A stretch of 64,000 nucleotides of DNA, from assembly GCA_021613535.1 (NCBI GenBank), contig CP075497.1, positions 434,001 through 498,000 on the forward strand, read 5' to 3'. The notes under the pieces were generated by a model, which saw only the letters and a list, made by a program, of their open reading frames with translations, was not told the origin of the DNA and did not search any database. Shown piece by piece: positions 63,500 through 64,000 of the stretch. How positions within the stretch are numbered: position 1 is the first letter of the stretch; the number at the start of each line of letters is the position of its first letter. A program made the position numbers and the translations under genes. Source of the DNA: Adineta vaga. Its lineage: Eukaryota > Animalia > Rotifera.

Positions 63500-64000
63500 A
63501 TGGATAATCGTCGCTTACGTTCTGTTATTCTCAATCTTCGATATCGTCTTACTAAGGACGATCGAAAACGTCTTCGTTTCTATCTTGGTACTGATGAAAT
63601 ACGAAGAATTCAAGATCATCCGACACTGGCTGGAACTCTGAATCTTATTGGCTCTCTTCTTGATCAAAACAGAATTAACGATATGAATCTCACTCATCTC
63701 ATCAATGCACTTCACGAGATTCATTGTCGTGATGCTGTTGATCGCTTAAGAGGTACATTCATCCTTTTTTGTTTGGTATAATGGCCAGATTAATCACTTT
63801 ATTAAGAGTATCGAAATCGAAATTGTGCAAATCATTCAAATCCATTGATGCACACATTGTCAGAAGTAATGCCAGTCCGTCGACGACACCAGTCAGGACC
63901 GGGTAAGTAAACAACAAAGCAGTCGACATTCTGCTCTTATCTCAATTTCAATTTAGTTTCTCTTCATCGTGATGCTACGAATCCTGATGACATGACAGGC
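63500..64000 (+). CDS. Death-effector-domain-like protein, 5' exons; continues beyond the window
   Basis: Helical pattern LTKDDRKRLRFYL...LNLIGSLLDQNRI...NLTHLINALHEIHC..AVDRL followed by GT-AG introns. Confidence 0.7.

Overview
AT-rich eukaryotic DNA, most likely from a bdelloid rotifer (inferred from short GT-AG introns, mostly ~50-60 nt, NHL and LDLa/EGF-GPCR expansions, and many bacterial-type genes). It is a gene-dense accessory region with many decayed genes. It holds three TIR DNA transposons with clear ends (hAT 8037-11782, piggyBac 56116-58509, Tc1-like DD37E 61121-62798) and several MITEs. The genes are mostly defence-, secretion- or HGT-type: ADP-ribosyltransferase, aerolysin-like protein, beta-lactamase-family hydrolase, beta-helix protein, SDR, NHL proteins and small Cys-rich peptides. 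The most striking unexplained structure is about 20 copies of a short palindromic element between 2.4 and 51.6 kb: CTTGAGGGTGTGGGTGTG, a unique spacer, then CACACCCACACCCTCAAG. Its arms are made of telomere-like TGAGGG/TGTGGG units. The copies sit between genes, often with exactly one gene between neighbours, and at three points they sit exactly where genes are truncated. The region therefore reads like an array of gene cassettes or end-to-end fused, telomere-capped gene fragments. All protein family calls come from reading motifs by eye; no searches were run.
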